NCBI GenBank assembly: GCA_026129335.1
Contig: JAHCIH010000001.1
Location: forward strand, 92,678 to 156,677
Reading direction: 5' to 3'
Length of the DNA stretch: 64,000 nt
Origin: Anaerolineales bacterium
Lineage (GTDB): Bacteria; Chloroflexota; Anaerolineae; Anaerolineales; UBA11579
Below the pieces are notes generated by a model. That model was not told the DNA's origin, ran no database searches, and worked only from the letters and a program-made list of their open reading frames with translations. Shown one piece after another: positions 15,648-23,724 of this stretch (position 1 is the stretch's first letter; the number at the start of each line of letters is the position of its first letter). The translations under genes and the position numbers were made by a program.

Positions 15648-16760
15648 ATGTCCAAAGTCCGTTTGCTTGTAGGCACGCGCAAAGGCGCGTTCATCCTTAC
15701 TTCTGATGCGGCGCGCAAGAAGTGGGCCGTGGACGGCCCGCACTTTGGCGGGCTGCCTTTCTATCACCTCAAAGCCTCCCCGGTGAATCCGCAGCGCATC
15801 TACGCCTCGCAGACCGACGACTGGTTCGGCCAGGTGGTGCACCGCAGCGACGACGGCGGCAAGACCTGGGTGGCGGTGAACAATGAGTTCGCTTACGCCA
15901 GCAAGCCGGGTACGCACCAATGGTATGACGGCACGCCGCACCCCTGGGAGTTCAAACGAGTCTGGCACTTTGAGCCCGACCCGATTGACGCCGACACGGT
16001 GTACGCCGGGGTGGAGGATGCCGCGCTGTTCAAATCCACAGACGGCGGAGCCAGCTGGACTGAGCTGGCCAATTTGCGGGACCACGAGAGCGGCTCGCAG
16101 TGGATGCCCGGCGCCGGCGGCCTGTGCCTGCACACCATCCTGATCGACCCCAGCGACCCGCAGCGCATCTACGTGGCTATCTCCGCCGCCGGCGTCTTCC
16201 GCAGCGACGATGGCGGGCAGAGCTGGAAGCCGATCACCAAAGGGCTGCAGTCCAACTTCCTGCCGCAGCCCGACGCTGAGATCGGCCACTGCGTGCATCG
16301 CATTGCGCTGCACCCCAGCCGGCCGCAGACGCTGTTCATGCAGAAACATTGGGACGTGATGCGTAGCGACGACGCCGGCGAGAACTGGCGCGAGATCAGC
16401 GGGAACCTGCCGAGCGACTTCGGCTTCGTGGTGGACGTGCACGCCCACGACCCGGAGACGGTGTATGTGCTACCGATCAAGAGCGACTCGGAGCATTACC
16501 CGCCGGAAGGCAAGCTGCGCGTGTACCGCAGCCAGGGCGGCGAGGACTGGCAGGCGCTGACCCAGGGCCTACCGCAGCAGGACTGCTATGTGAACGTGCT
16601 GCGCGACGCGATGAGCGTGGACAAGCTGGACCCCTGCGGCATTTACTTCGGCACCACCGGCGGCCAGGTGTACGCCTCGGCGGACGAAGGCGACAGCTGG
16701 GGGGCCATCGTGCGCGACCTGCCGGCGGTGCTCTCGGTGGAAGTGCAGACGCTGGACTGA
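15648..16760 (+). CDS. BNR/Asp-box repeat (sialidase-like beta-propeller) protein
   Basis: Carries repeated S-x-D-x-G-x-T/S-W boxes ([34 protein letters not shown]). An AAGGAG RBS precedes the start. Confidence 0.8.
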   Translation: MSKVRLLVGTRKGAFILTSDAARKKWAVDGPHFGGLPFYHLKASPVNPQRIYASQTDDWFGQVVHRSDDGGKTWVAVNNEFAYASKPGTHQWYDGTPHPWEFKRVWHFEPDPIDADTVYAGVEDAALFKSTDGGASWTELANLRDHESGSQWMPGAGGLCLHTILIDPSDPQRIYVAISAAGVFRSDDGGQSWKPITKGLQSNFLPQPDAEIGHCVHRIALHPSRPQTLFMQKHWDVMRSDDAGENWREISGNLPSDFGFVVDVHAHDPETVYVLPIKSDSEHYPPEGKLRVYRSQGGEDWQALTQGLPQQDCYVNVLRDAMSVDKLDPCGIYFGTTGGQVYASADEGDSWGAIVRDLPAVLSVEVQTLD

Positions 16761-16764
16761 TCAG

Positions 16765-16792
16765 GTAGGGGCGGTTTGCAAACCGCCCCTAC
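16765..16792. repeat. perfect 14+14 GC-rich palindrome, family 3 (GTAGGGGCG...CGCCCCTAC)
   Basis: Reads GTAGGGGCGGTTTGCAAACCGCCCCTAC, between the BNR gene stop and the MoaD-like start. A related copy lies at 42395..42423. Confidence 0.8.
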
Positions 16793-16802
16793 GCGAATGA
16801 CA

Positions 16803-17099
16803 ATGGTACGCGTAAAACTCCCCTACCACTTGCAGAACCTGGCGGGCGTCGGCTCCGAGCTGCGCCTGCAGGTCGCCGAGCCGGTGACCGCCGCCCGCAT
16901 CCTGGACGCGCTGGAGGCGGCCTACCCGATGCTGCGCGGCACGATCCGCGAGCACGGCGGCGGCCCGCGGCGGGCCTACCTGCGCTTCTTCGCCTGCGGC
17001 GAGGACTTCTCGCACCAGCCGCCGGACGCGCCGCTGCCAGCCGCGGTGGCGGCCGGTGAGGAGCCGTTCATGGTCGTGGGGGCGATTGCGGGGGGATGA
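16803..17099 (+). CDS. MoaD/ThiS-like ubiquitin-fold protein ending in Gly-Gly
   Basis: Roughly 98 aa reading [10 protein letters not shown]...[10 protein letters not shown]-stop, with beta-grasp length and a C-terminal GG. I chose the ATG at 16803 because the track start at 16776 lies inside the palindrome. Confidence 0.65.
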   Translation: MVRVKLPYHLQNLAGVGSELRLQVAEPVTAARILDALEAAYPMLRGTIREHGGGPRRAYLRFFACGEDFSHQPPDAPLPAAVAAGEEPFMVVGAIAGG

Positions 17100-17176
17100 A
17101 GTCTTTATGACAAACCACCCGCCCGCGCGTGACAAACGCGGCTGGTGGGCGCAGGCGCCCCGGCTACAATAGGAGC

Positions 17177-19297
17177 ATGCCCGCCAGCCAGCTGCGCGCC
17201 TTCTTCGCTCCCCGCTCCGTGGCCGTCATCGGCGCGTCGACTGACCCGGTGAAACTGGGCCACGCCGTGCTGCGCAACCTGGTGGAGGGCGGCTACGTCA
17301 AAGCTGGCCAGGTCTATCCGATCAACCCCAAAGCCGAAGAGATCCTCGGCCTTCGCGCCTATCCGAACGTGGCCGCGGTGCCGGAGCCGATTGAGCTGGC
17401 CGTGATCGTCATCCCGGACAAGGCGGTGGCTGGCGCGCTGCGCGAGTGTGGGCAGAAGGGCATCCCCGCCGCGATCATCATCACCGCCGGCTTCCGCGAG
17501 GCGGGGCCGGAGGGCGTGCAGCGCGAGCAGGAGGTCATCGCCATCGCGCGGGAATACGGCATGCGCCTGATCGGCCCCAACGTGCTCGGCGTGATCGATA
17601 CCTACACGCCAATGAACGCGTCTTTCGCCGCCGACTCGCCGCCGCAGGGGCCGATGGCGTTCAGTTCGCAGTCCGGCGCGCTGGGCACCGCCATCCTGGA
17701 CTGGGCGCAGGGCGGCCAGCTGGGGCTGTCCAAATTCGTCAGCCTAGGCAACAAGGCCGACGTCAGCGAAATCGACCTATTGCAAGATTGGCAGGACGAT
17801 GCCAACACCCGCGTCATCCTGCTCTACAGCGAAGAGTTGACCGACGGCCAGCGCTTCATGCAGGTCGCTCGGCAAGTCTCGCGGGTCAAGCCGATCGTGG
17901 CGATCAAGTCCGGCACTACGCAGGCCGGGGCGCGGGCGGTGTCTTCGCACACCGGCTCGTTGGCCGGGTCGGAGCAGGCCTACCAGGCTGCTTTCCGCCA
18001 GGCGGGCGTGATCCGCGCCGACTCGATGCAGGAGCTATTCGACATGGCGCTGGCTTTCGGCTACCAGCCGCCGCTGCGCGGCGACGGCATCGCCGTGGTG
18101 ACCAACGCCGGCGGCCCGGGCATCCTGGCCACAGACGCCCTGGAGCACTTCGGCCTGGGCCTGGCCCGGCTAGAACCGGCGACCATCCAGGCGTTGGGGG
18201 CGGCGCTGCCCGACGCGGCCAGCGCCAACAACCCGGTGGACGTGCTGGGCGACGCCCGAGCGGACCGCTTCGAAGCTGCGCTGGCCCTGGTGGCCGCCGA
18301 CCCCAACGTGGACGGCATCTTGGTGGTGGTCACCCCGCAGGCGATGACAGAAATCGAGGCCACGGCGCAAGCCGTGGCAGACCTGAGTGCCACCGGCGAC
18401 AAGCCGGTGCTGGCCTGCTTCATGGGCGCCAAGCGCATCCAGCCGGGCATCGAGCTGCTGATGAAGGCCGGCGTGCCCAACTATCCCTTCCCCAACCGAG
18501 CAGCGCAAGCCTTCTGGGCCATGGCCGAGTACCGCCGCATCCGCGAGCGGCCGGAGCCGCAATACGCGCAGTTCGACTTCGACAAGCCCGCCATCCGCGC
18601 CGCTATCGACAAGGTGCGCAGCGAAGGCCGTCTGACCATCGGCGACCTGGAATCGCGGCAGATATTGGAAGCCATCGGGCTGCGCATTCCGCAGTCCGAG
18701 CTGGCCGAAGACGCCGACAAAGCCGCCGAGGTTTCCCGGCGCATCGGCTACCCGGTGGTGCTGAAGATCGCCTCGCCGGACATCTTGCACAAGACCGATG
18801 TGGGCGGCGTGAAAGTCGGCCTGCGCAACGACGCCGAGGTGCGCGACGCCTATGAGCTGATGGTCTACCGGGCGCAGCGCTACTTGCCGGATGCGCGCAT
18901 CTGGGGCTGCCTGGTGCAGCAGATGGTCAGCGGCGCCAGCCTGGAAGTGCTGGTCGGCATGAACCGCGATCCGCAGTTCGGCCCGCTGGTCACCTTCGGC
19001 CTGGGCGGGATCTACGTCGAAACATTGAAAGACGTCACCTTCCGCATCGCGCCCTTCTCAGCGCAGGACGCCGCGGCGATGCTCAGCGAGCTGCGCAGCA
19101 GCGCGCTGCTGGACGGCGTGCGCGGCCAGCCGGCGGCGGACAAGGCCGCTATCGCCGATGCGCTGCTGCGCATCGGGCAGCTGGTGCAGGACTTCCCCGA
19201 AATCGTCGAACTGGACATCAACCCCCTGGTCGTCTTCGCCAAAGGCGGCGGGGCGATTGCTATTGATATGCGCCTGGTGCTGGACGGCAACCAGTAA
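17177..19297 (+). CDS. acetate--CoA ligase family protein (ADP-forming acyl-CoA synthetase; fused CoA-binding/ligase and ATP-grasp domains)
   Basis: PRSVAVIGAS...KLGHAVLRNL CoA-binding start, SQSGALGTAILD, a phosphohistidine region SHTGSLAG, and a C-terminal ATP-grasp (GYPVVLKIASPDILHKTDVGGV). An AGGAG RBS precedes the start. Confidence 0.88.
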   Translation: MPASQLRAFFAPRSVAVIGASTDPVKLGHAVLRNLVEGGYVKAGQVYPINPKAEEILGLRAYPNVAAVPEPIELAVIVIPDKAVAGALRECGQKGIPAAIIITAGFREAGPEGVQREQEVIAIAREYGMRLIGPNVLGVIDTYTPMNASFAADSPPQGPMAFSSQSGALGTAILDWAQGGQLGLSKFVSLGNKADVSEIDLLQDWQDDANTRVILLYSEELTDGQRFMQVARQVSRVKPIVAIKSGTTQAGARAVSSHTGSLAGSEQAYQAAFRQAGVIRADSMQELFDMALAFGYQPPLRGDGIAVVTNAGGPGILATDALEHFGLGLARLEPATIQALGAALPDAASANNPVDVLGDARADRFEAALALVAADPNVDGILVVVTPQAMTEIEATAQAVADLSATGDKPVLACFMGAKRIQPGIELLMKAGVPNYPFPNRAAQAFWAMAEYRRIRERPEPQYAQFDFDKPAIRAAIDKVRSEGRLTIGDLESRQILEAIGLRIPQSELAEDADKAAEVSRRIGYPVVLKIASPDILHKTDVGGVKVGLRNDAEVRDAYELMVYRAQRYLPDARIWGCLVQQMVSGASLEVLVGMNRDPQFGPLVTFGLGGIYVETLKDVTFRIAPFSAQDAAAMLSELRSSALLDGVRGQPAADKAAIADALLRIGQLVQDFPEIVELDINPLVVFAKGGGAIAIDMRLVLDGNQ

Positions 19298-19309
19298 GCG
19301 GAGGACGGC

Positions 19310-20377
19310 ATGAAATCGATTTACATCACCTCAGTGGAACGCTATTCCGGCAAGACTGCCGCCAGCCTGGCGTTGGGCAAGCGTCTGCAGGCCGCCGGGC
19401 GCAAGGTGGGCTACCTCAAGCCGCTCAGCCTGCAGCCCTGGCGGGTCGGCGAACATTGGGCCGACGAGGACGCCGGCTTCGTCAAAGAGATCCTCGGTCT
19501 GGAGAGCCAGCCCTGGGAGATGTCGCCGGTGGTGCTGACCCGCGAGGCGCTGCAAGAGGTGTTGGCCAAGGGCCAACAGGCCGGACTGATGGACAAGGTG
19601 CGCGCCGCGCTCGATGCGGCGGCCAAAGGCAAGGACTACATGCTGTTGGAAGGCGGCGGTAGCCTGCGCGAGGGCTACGCCGTGGGCCTGCCGACCCCCG
19701 AAGTGGCCGCCGAGCTGGGCAGTGATGTGCTCGCCATCGTCAAGTACCGCGATGAGGTACGCCTGCTGGACGACGCGCTGACCGCCCAGCACCGCCTGGG
19801 CGAACTGCTGCGCGGCGTGCTAATCAACCGCGTGCCGGAAGATGCAGCTAGGTTTGTCCAAGAGGAGGCGGTGCCCTACCTGGAGAAGCACGGCATCGCC
19901 GTACTGGGCAGCCTGCCGGAGGACCGCAGCCTGGGCGCGCTGACCGTGCAGGAAGTGCTCGATGTGGTCGGCGGCGAGTTGTTGACCGAAGGCCACGATC
20001 CGCATGCCTTGGTCGAGACGATGACCGTGGGCGCGATGACTTCCGAGGTGGCGCTGAGCCGCTTCCGCCAGCAGCCCAACAAGGCCGTGATCACCGGCGG
20101 TGACCGGGCCGATATTCAGCTGGCCGCGCTGGAAACCTCAACCGTGGCGCTGATCCTCAGCGGCAACCTGCAGCCCAGCCCGCTGGTGCTCAAGCACGCC
20201 GAGGAGGCCGGGGTGGCCGTGGCGCTGGTGCCGGACAATACGCTGGAAGTCGTCGAGGCCATCGACCGCGTCTTCGGCAAGACGCGCCTGGGCCAGCTGG
20301 CCAAGCTGGAGCGCTTCGAGGCGCTTTTCGCCGAGCATGTCGACGCGAAGCGGCTGGACGCCGCACTGGGGCTTTAG
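19310..20377 (+). CDS. phosphotransacetylase N-terminal-domain-like protein (BioD/CobQ-type P-loop-like fold plus DRTGG domain), no PTA catalytic domain
   Basis: Has SGKTAASLALGKRL, YLKP, and AVITGGDRADIQLAAL (a DRTGG-like motif). The 355-aa length is too short to include a Pta catalytic domain. Confidence 0.7.
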   Translation: MKSIYITSVERYSGKTAASLALGKRLQAAGRKVGYLKPLSLQPWRVGEHWADEDAGFVKEILGLESQPWEMSPVVLTREALQEVLAKGQQAGLMDKVRAALDAAAKGKDYMLLEGGGSLREGYAVGLPTPEVAAELGSDVLAIVKYRDEVRLLDDALTAQHRLGELLRGVLINRVPEDAARFVQEEAVPYLEKHGIAVLGSLPEDRSLGALTVQEVLDVVGGELLTEGHDPHALVETMTVGAMTSEVALSRFRQQPNKAVITGGDRADIQLAALETSTVALILSGNLQPSPLVLKHAEEAGVAVALVPDNTLEVVEAIDRVFGKTRLGQLAKLERFEALFAEHVDAKRLDAALGL

Positions 20378-20390
20378 CCAGAGCGAGAGC

Positions 20391-20457
20391 CCGTCATTGC
20401 GAGGAGCATACGCAGCAAGGCATATCATGCCTTGCTGCGTAGCGGACGAAGCAATCT
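20391..20457. repeat. dispersed intergenic repeat, family 2, with a perfect 15-bp internal hairpin
   Basis: CCGTCATTGCGAGGAGCA-TACGCAGCAAGGCAT-ATC-ATGCCTTGCTGCGTA-GCGGACGAAGCAATC. Confidence 0.8.
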
Positions 20458-20547
20458 CCACCTCGGCGATGGCAGGGATTTCAGCATTAATATATCTTGG
20501 GGAAGCGCTGCCCTAAGATTGCACACACCAATGTGATATGCCGGCGT

Positions 20548-21255
20548 TTATTCTGCTGTTTGATGTTCTGTATACGTTTGTATTCTTTTGTTTCTTGCCT
20601 TAATAAAACTCATTACCCGTTTTTTATAAAGTAGATATTCATCAACGTCTGAAAATGTTGGACGAGTTTTGAAGTCGTCAAAAGGCAAATAAAAACCAAT
20701 GTTGTTGTTTTCATCGATCAAATCTTCCAATAAAAAGAAATGGATAAAGCCAATAAAATCTTCAAACAAATCGAAGAAGTTTTTATATCTCAACAGTACG
20801 TCATAAAGTGGACTTTCTTTGCCTATATAAAAGAGACGAATACATTCTAATGTTAGGTCAAATCTATCATCAATTAAACTGTTTACCCCACGAGACTGAT
20901 TGATTGTATGATTGCCGTCAATTCTGTTGTTCGGGAAAACAATATAAGCCCCAATAGTAGAACCCAAATCGAAAAGTTCATCTACTTCGTTTGAAATTTG
21001 CCTTGTAAGCCAATACTTTCGTTTATGGTTTTTATATGAATGTGTTATAGCATCGCTGCCTAAAAAGAATTCGCCAAGCCCTGACCTGTGATATAGGTAT
21101 GCGCCCCTTTTATCATCATGTAACTGGAAGTCTTTACCATTTGGCAAAGATTTACTCCACAACAGCTTGTGGTATTTTCGCAGTGTTGGACTGCTGCTGT
21201 CCGGATCTCTGCCACCTGCATCAGAGTAAACATTAAAATTGGTGTCAATAATCAT
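20548..21255 (-). CDS. orphan hypothetical protein encoded on a strongly AT-rich island
   Basis: The 235-238 aa ORF is the only long ORF in a segment of roughly 30% G+C. Lys/Asn/Ile/Phe/Tyr-rich composition fits foreign origin. The start is ATG 21255 or GTG 21264, and neither has a clear SD. I recognise no family. Confidence 0.7.
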   Translation of the reverse strand: MIIDTNFNVYSDAGGRDPDSSSPTLRKYHKLLWSKSLPNGKDFQLHDDKRGAYLYHRSGLGEFFLGSDAITHSYKNHKRKYWLTRQISNEVDELFDLGSTIGAYIVFPNNRIDGNHTINQSRGVNSLIDDRFDLTLECIRLFYIGKESPLYDVLLRYKNFFDLFEDFIGFIHFFLLEDLIDENNNIGFYLPFDDFKTRPTFSDVDEYLLYKKRVMSFIKARNKRIQTYTEHQTAE

Positions 21256-21318
21256 TTTTGCCACGAGCGGGGGAGCATTAAACTTTCCACCTGCACATGA
21301 AGATTAGTTCAGCTGTGG

Positions 21319-22089
21319 CTAATTCGCCAGCCGCTGCATAAAGTCGGCGATGTGCTGGTTGACCGCCTCGGGGTTGTCCAGGTTGGTCAGGTGCCCGGCG
21401 TCGGGGATGGAGTAATACTTCGCGCCGGCGATGCCCACAGTCAGGTCTTTCTGCTGGCGGGCCACAAAAGCATCTTTGTCCCCGTGCAAAATGATCGTGG
21501 GGCACTTCACTTTGTGCAGGTCGTGCTTGGTTTCCAGGCGCAGGTTGCCCGCCCACTGGCGCAGGAATTCGTCGTGGGTCATGGAAGTGAAGCCCCTTTC
21601 GACGACTTCCCTGTGTTGCGGGTTTACCGCCCAGGTGGTCCATTTGATGGTGGTCTTGTAGGGCAGCAGGCGCACGCTGGCCAGATTCATGGTCACCAGC
21701 CACTTGTCGTACCAGTGATAGTTGTTGGAAAAGGGCGTGCCGATGAGGGCAAGGCCGCGGGCACGCTCCGGATAGCGCACCGCGGCCTGCAGCGAGATGT
21801 GCCCGCCCATGGACAGGCCGCAGAGCACCGCCGACTTGATCTTCAGCGCGTCGAGCAGGGCGATGAGGTCCCGACTGAAATCTTCCGGGTCCACCTCGCC
21901 GGGCGGCAGGCTGCTGTTGCCGTGGCCGCGGGCATCCCAGAGGATGACGCGATACTTCTTGGAGAGCTCGGCCACCTGCGGCCCCCACTGCCCGTGGTAC
22001 ATCGAATTGCCGTGGGTGAACACGATGGGCTCGCCTTTGCCGTACTCTTCGTAATACAGTTTGACGTCGTCGAGTTCGAGATAAGGCAT
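21319..22089 (-). CDS. alpha/beta hydrolase fold protein
   Basis: Has HG oxyanion motif FTHGNS, the nucleophile elbow GLSMGG, and a C-terminal DAGHL. The ATG at 22089 has a GGAGAA RBS. Confidence 0.88.
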   Translation of the reverse strand: MPYLELDDVKLYYEEYGKGEPIVFTHGNSMYHGQWGPQVAELSKKYRVILWDARGHGNSSLPPGEVDPEDFSRDLIALLDALKIKSAVLCGLSMGGHISLQAAVRYPERARGLALIGTPFSNNYHWYDKWLVTMNLASVRLLPYKTTIKWTTWAVNPQHREVVERGFTSMTHDEFLRQWAGNLRLETKHDLHKVKCPTIILHGDKDAFVARQQKDLTVGIAGAKYYSIPDAGHLTNLDNPEAVNQHIADFMQRLAN

Positions 22090-22105
22090 GCTTCTCCTGT
22101 GTCCT

Positions 22106-22136
22106 AACAAAAGACCCACAGATGTGGGCCTTTTTT
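22106..22136. terminator. hairpin with flanking T-runs downstream of tRNA-Val
   Basis: The minus strand reads GGCCCAC-ATCT-GTGGGTC followed by TTTTGTT. The plus strand also has TTTTTTG after the stem. Confidence 0.5.
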
Positions 22137-22153
22137 GTAAAGGTGCTGCGGAA

Positions 22154-22230
22154 TGGTGGGCGCGATAGGACTCGAACCTACGACCTTTGCGATGTCAACG
22201 CAACGCTCTAACCAGCTGAGCTACGCGCCC
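22154..22230 (-). tRNA. tRNA-Val (anticodon GAC), CCA encoded
   Basis: The reverse complement GGGCGCGTAGCTCAGCTGGTTAGAGCGTTGCGTTGACATCGCAAAGGTCGTAGGTTCGAGTCCTATCGCGCCCACCA folds as a cloverleaf. The anticodon loop is TTGACAT and the T-loop is GGTTCGAGTCC. Confidence 0.93.
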
Positions 22231-22272
22231 AAGGTGCGAAATTATACCGCAGGCTACTGCTACAATGAGCCC

Positions 22273-23118
22273 ATGAGCCAGGACGTGCCCGCCCTCGAGG
22301 GCGTGATCTTCCATCAGGCGACTCTGCGCCCGCCCCTGGACCGCTACGTGGAGATGGTCTGGGCGGTGCGCGGCAGCACTTTTTACCGCCGCGAGGTGGT
22401 GCTGCCCAACGGCGCCATGGAGCTGATGCTGAACTACGGCTCGCTGCAGCGCGTGGTGGCCATCGGCGAACGGCCGGTGATGGAAGAGCATCGCCGGCAC
22501 TGGCTCTCCGGGCTGCAAACCGGGCCGCTGTGCGTGGAGTCCGCCGCGGAGAGCGACCTACTCAGCATCCGCTTCCGGCCTGGTGGAGCGGCCTCGTTCC
22601 TTGGACTTCCCATCAGCGAACTCAGCGACCAGGTGCTCCCTGGCGCTGATCTGTTCGGCCGCAGTATCGAAACCTTGCGCGAACGCCTGGCCGGCGAGCC
22701 GGATTTCAGCGCGCGGGTGGGCATTATCGAAGCTTGGCTGCTCGCCCGGCTGCGCCGCGAAGACGAATATGAACATCGGTTGGTGGACCGCGCGATTAGT
22801 TTGCTGCAAACCCGCGCCGGGCGGGCCAACGTGGGGGATCTATGCGAGGAGCTGGGGCTGAGCAACCGACACCTGGTCGCCCTGTTCCGCCGCGCCGCCG
22901 GCGCGCCACCCAAGACCATCGGACGGATGCTGCGCTTTGGCGAGCTGCTGGCAGCGCTGCGCGACACGCAGCAGCCCGATTGGGCGCAACTGGCCGCCCG
23001 GCACGGCTACTATGACCAGTCCCACCTGATCCACGAATTCCGCGCCTTCAGCGGGGTGACCCCGGGTGAATACCTGCTCCGGCGCAGCCCCGATGGGGCC
23101 AGCCTGGTAGTTAGCTAG
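22273..23118 (+). CDS. AraC family transcriptional regulator
   Basis: The C-terminal HTH pair (LCEELGLSNRHLVALFRR ... GYYDQSHLIHEFRAFSGVTPGEY) fits AraC. I chose the ATG at 22273; the track ORF start overlaps the tRNA on the opposite strand. Confidence 0.85.
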   Translation: MSQDVPALEGVIFHQATLRPPLDRYVEMVWAVRGSTFYRREVVLPNGAMELMLNYGSLQRVVAIGERPVMEEHRRHWLSGLQTGPLCVESAAESDLLSIRFRPGGAASFLGLPISELSDQVLPGADLFGRSIETLRERLAGEPDFSARVGIIEAWLLARLRREDEYEHRLVDRAISLLQTRAGRANVGDLCEELGLSNRHLVALFRRAAGAPPKTIGRMLRFGELLAALRDTQQPDWAQLAARHGYYDQSHLIHEFRAFSGVTPGEYLLRRSPDGASLVVS

Positions 23119-23557
23119 CCGGCTGGCTGGCCGTGCGCTCGTAGCGCGTGGTCCAAAGGCTGCGCCACTCGCCGTCTCGCTGGGCGAACTGCTCCGCCTC
23201 GTAGGCGTCCTCTCCAACGGGCCGCCAAACGCTGCGCATCTTGTAGCTGTGTGCGCCGCGGTATTCCTCCTCGGCGTGCAATTCATCGCCCACCACGTCG
23301 AAGTGCCCGCGGGAAGTCCCGCCCGTGTTGTCCCAATAAAAGAAAACCACGCGCTTATCCACGGGGTCCCAGGCATAGATGGACTGGCCGGCGTGGTCGC
23401 CGCGCTGTCCGTGCGAGTGGTGCCGGTTGGCGATGAACAGGCCGTTCTGATCCCATTCGAAATGCTGAAAATCCGTCGTGCTGCCGTCGGCGAACTCGCC
23501 TTTCCAATCGCCAATTAGGAAGGCGAGGGGTTGAAAGTGCTCTGCAATTGTACTCAT
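23111..23557 (-). CDS. hypothetical protein (small soluble, beta-rich; family not recognised)
   Basis: 148-aa ORF; the ATG at 23557 has a GGAG RBS 6 nt upstream. Its 3-prime end overlaps the AraC gene end by 8 nt (convergent). Confidence 0.55.
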   Translation of the reverse strand: MSTIAEHFQPLAFLIGDWKGEFADGSTTDFQHFEWDQNGLFIANRHHSHGQRGDHAGQSIYAWDPVDKRVVFFYWDNTGGTSRGHFDVVGDELHAEEEYRGAHSYKMRSVWRPVGEDAYEAEQFAQRDGEWRSLWTTRYERTASQPAS

Positions 23558-23658
23558 CAGCGACTCCAAGGCAAAGATACTTTATTTTAGGCGAATACCA
23601 GTGCAATGTATTGGAAAAAACTTACCCTGGCATGCAGGGCGGCATCACAATTTTTAAT

Positions 23659-23686
23659 ATAGTATATATACTACATATGATAGTAT
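23659..23686. promoter_or_regulatory. AT-rich candidate operator: a 14-bp perfect palindrome and ATAGTAT direct repeats upstream of the ABC operon
   Basis: The palindrome TAGTATATATACTA lies at 23660..23673. ATAGTAT occurs at 23659 and again at 23680, spaced 21 nt apart. Confidence 0.4.
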
Positions 23687-23724
23687 CTATGCTATTGGTG
23701 AAGCGAGCCAACATAAGGAAGAAG

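Noticed and set aside
20483-21281. 8-nt direct repeat AGCATTAA flanking the AT-rich gene (20483..20490 and 21274..21281), a possible target-site duplication.
   Set aside because: An 8-mer match between two roughly 60-nt AT-containing flanks is plausible by chance. No terminal inverted repeats adjoin it.
20462-22230. The idea that the AT-rich gene plus the hydrolase form a tRNA-Val-integrated genomic island with att repeats.
   Set aside because: I found no convincing repeat of the tRNA 3-prime end near 20460..20547. The hydrolase gene between them has native-like GC, and no integrase is present. The hypothesis is left open only as part of the AT-island finding.
22153-22272. N-terminal 40-codon extension of the AraC-family ORF.
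   Set aside because: It is the reverse complement of tRNA-Val. The real start is the ATG at 22273.
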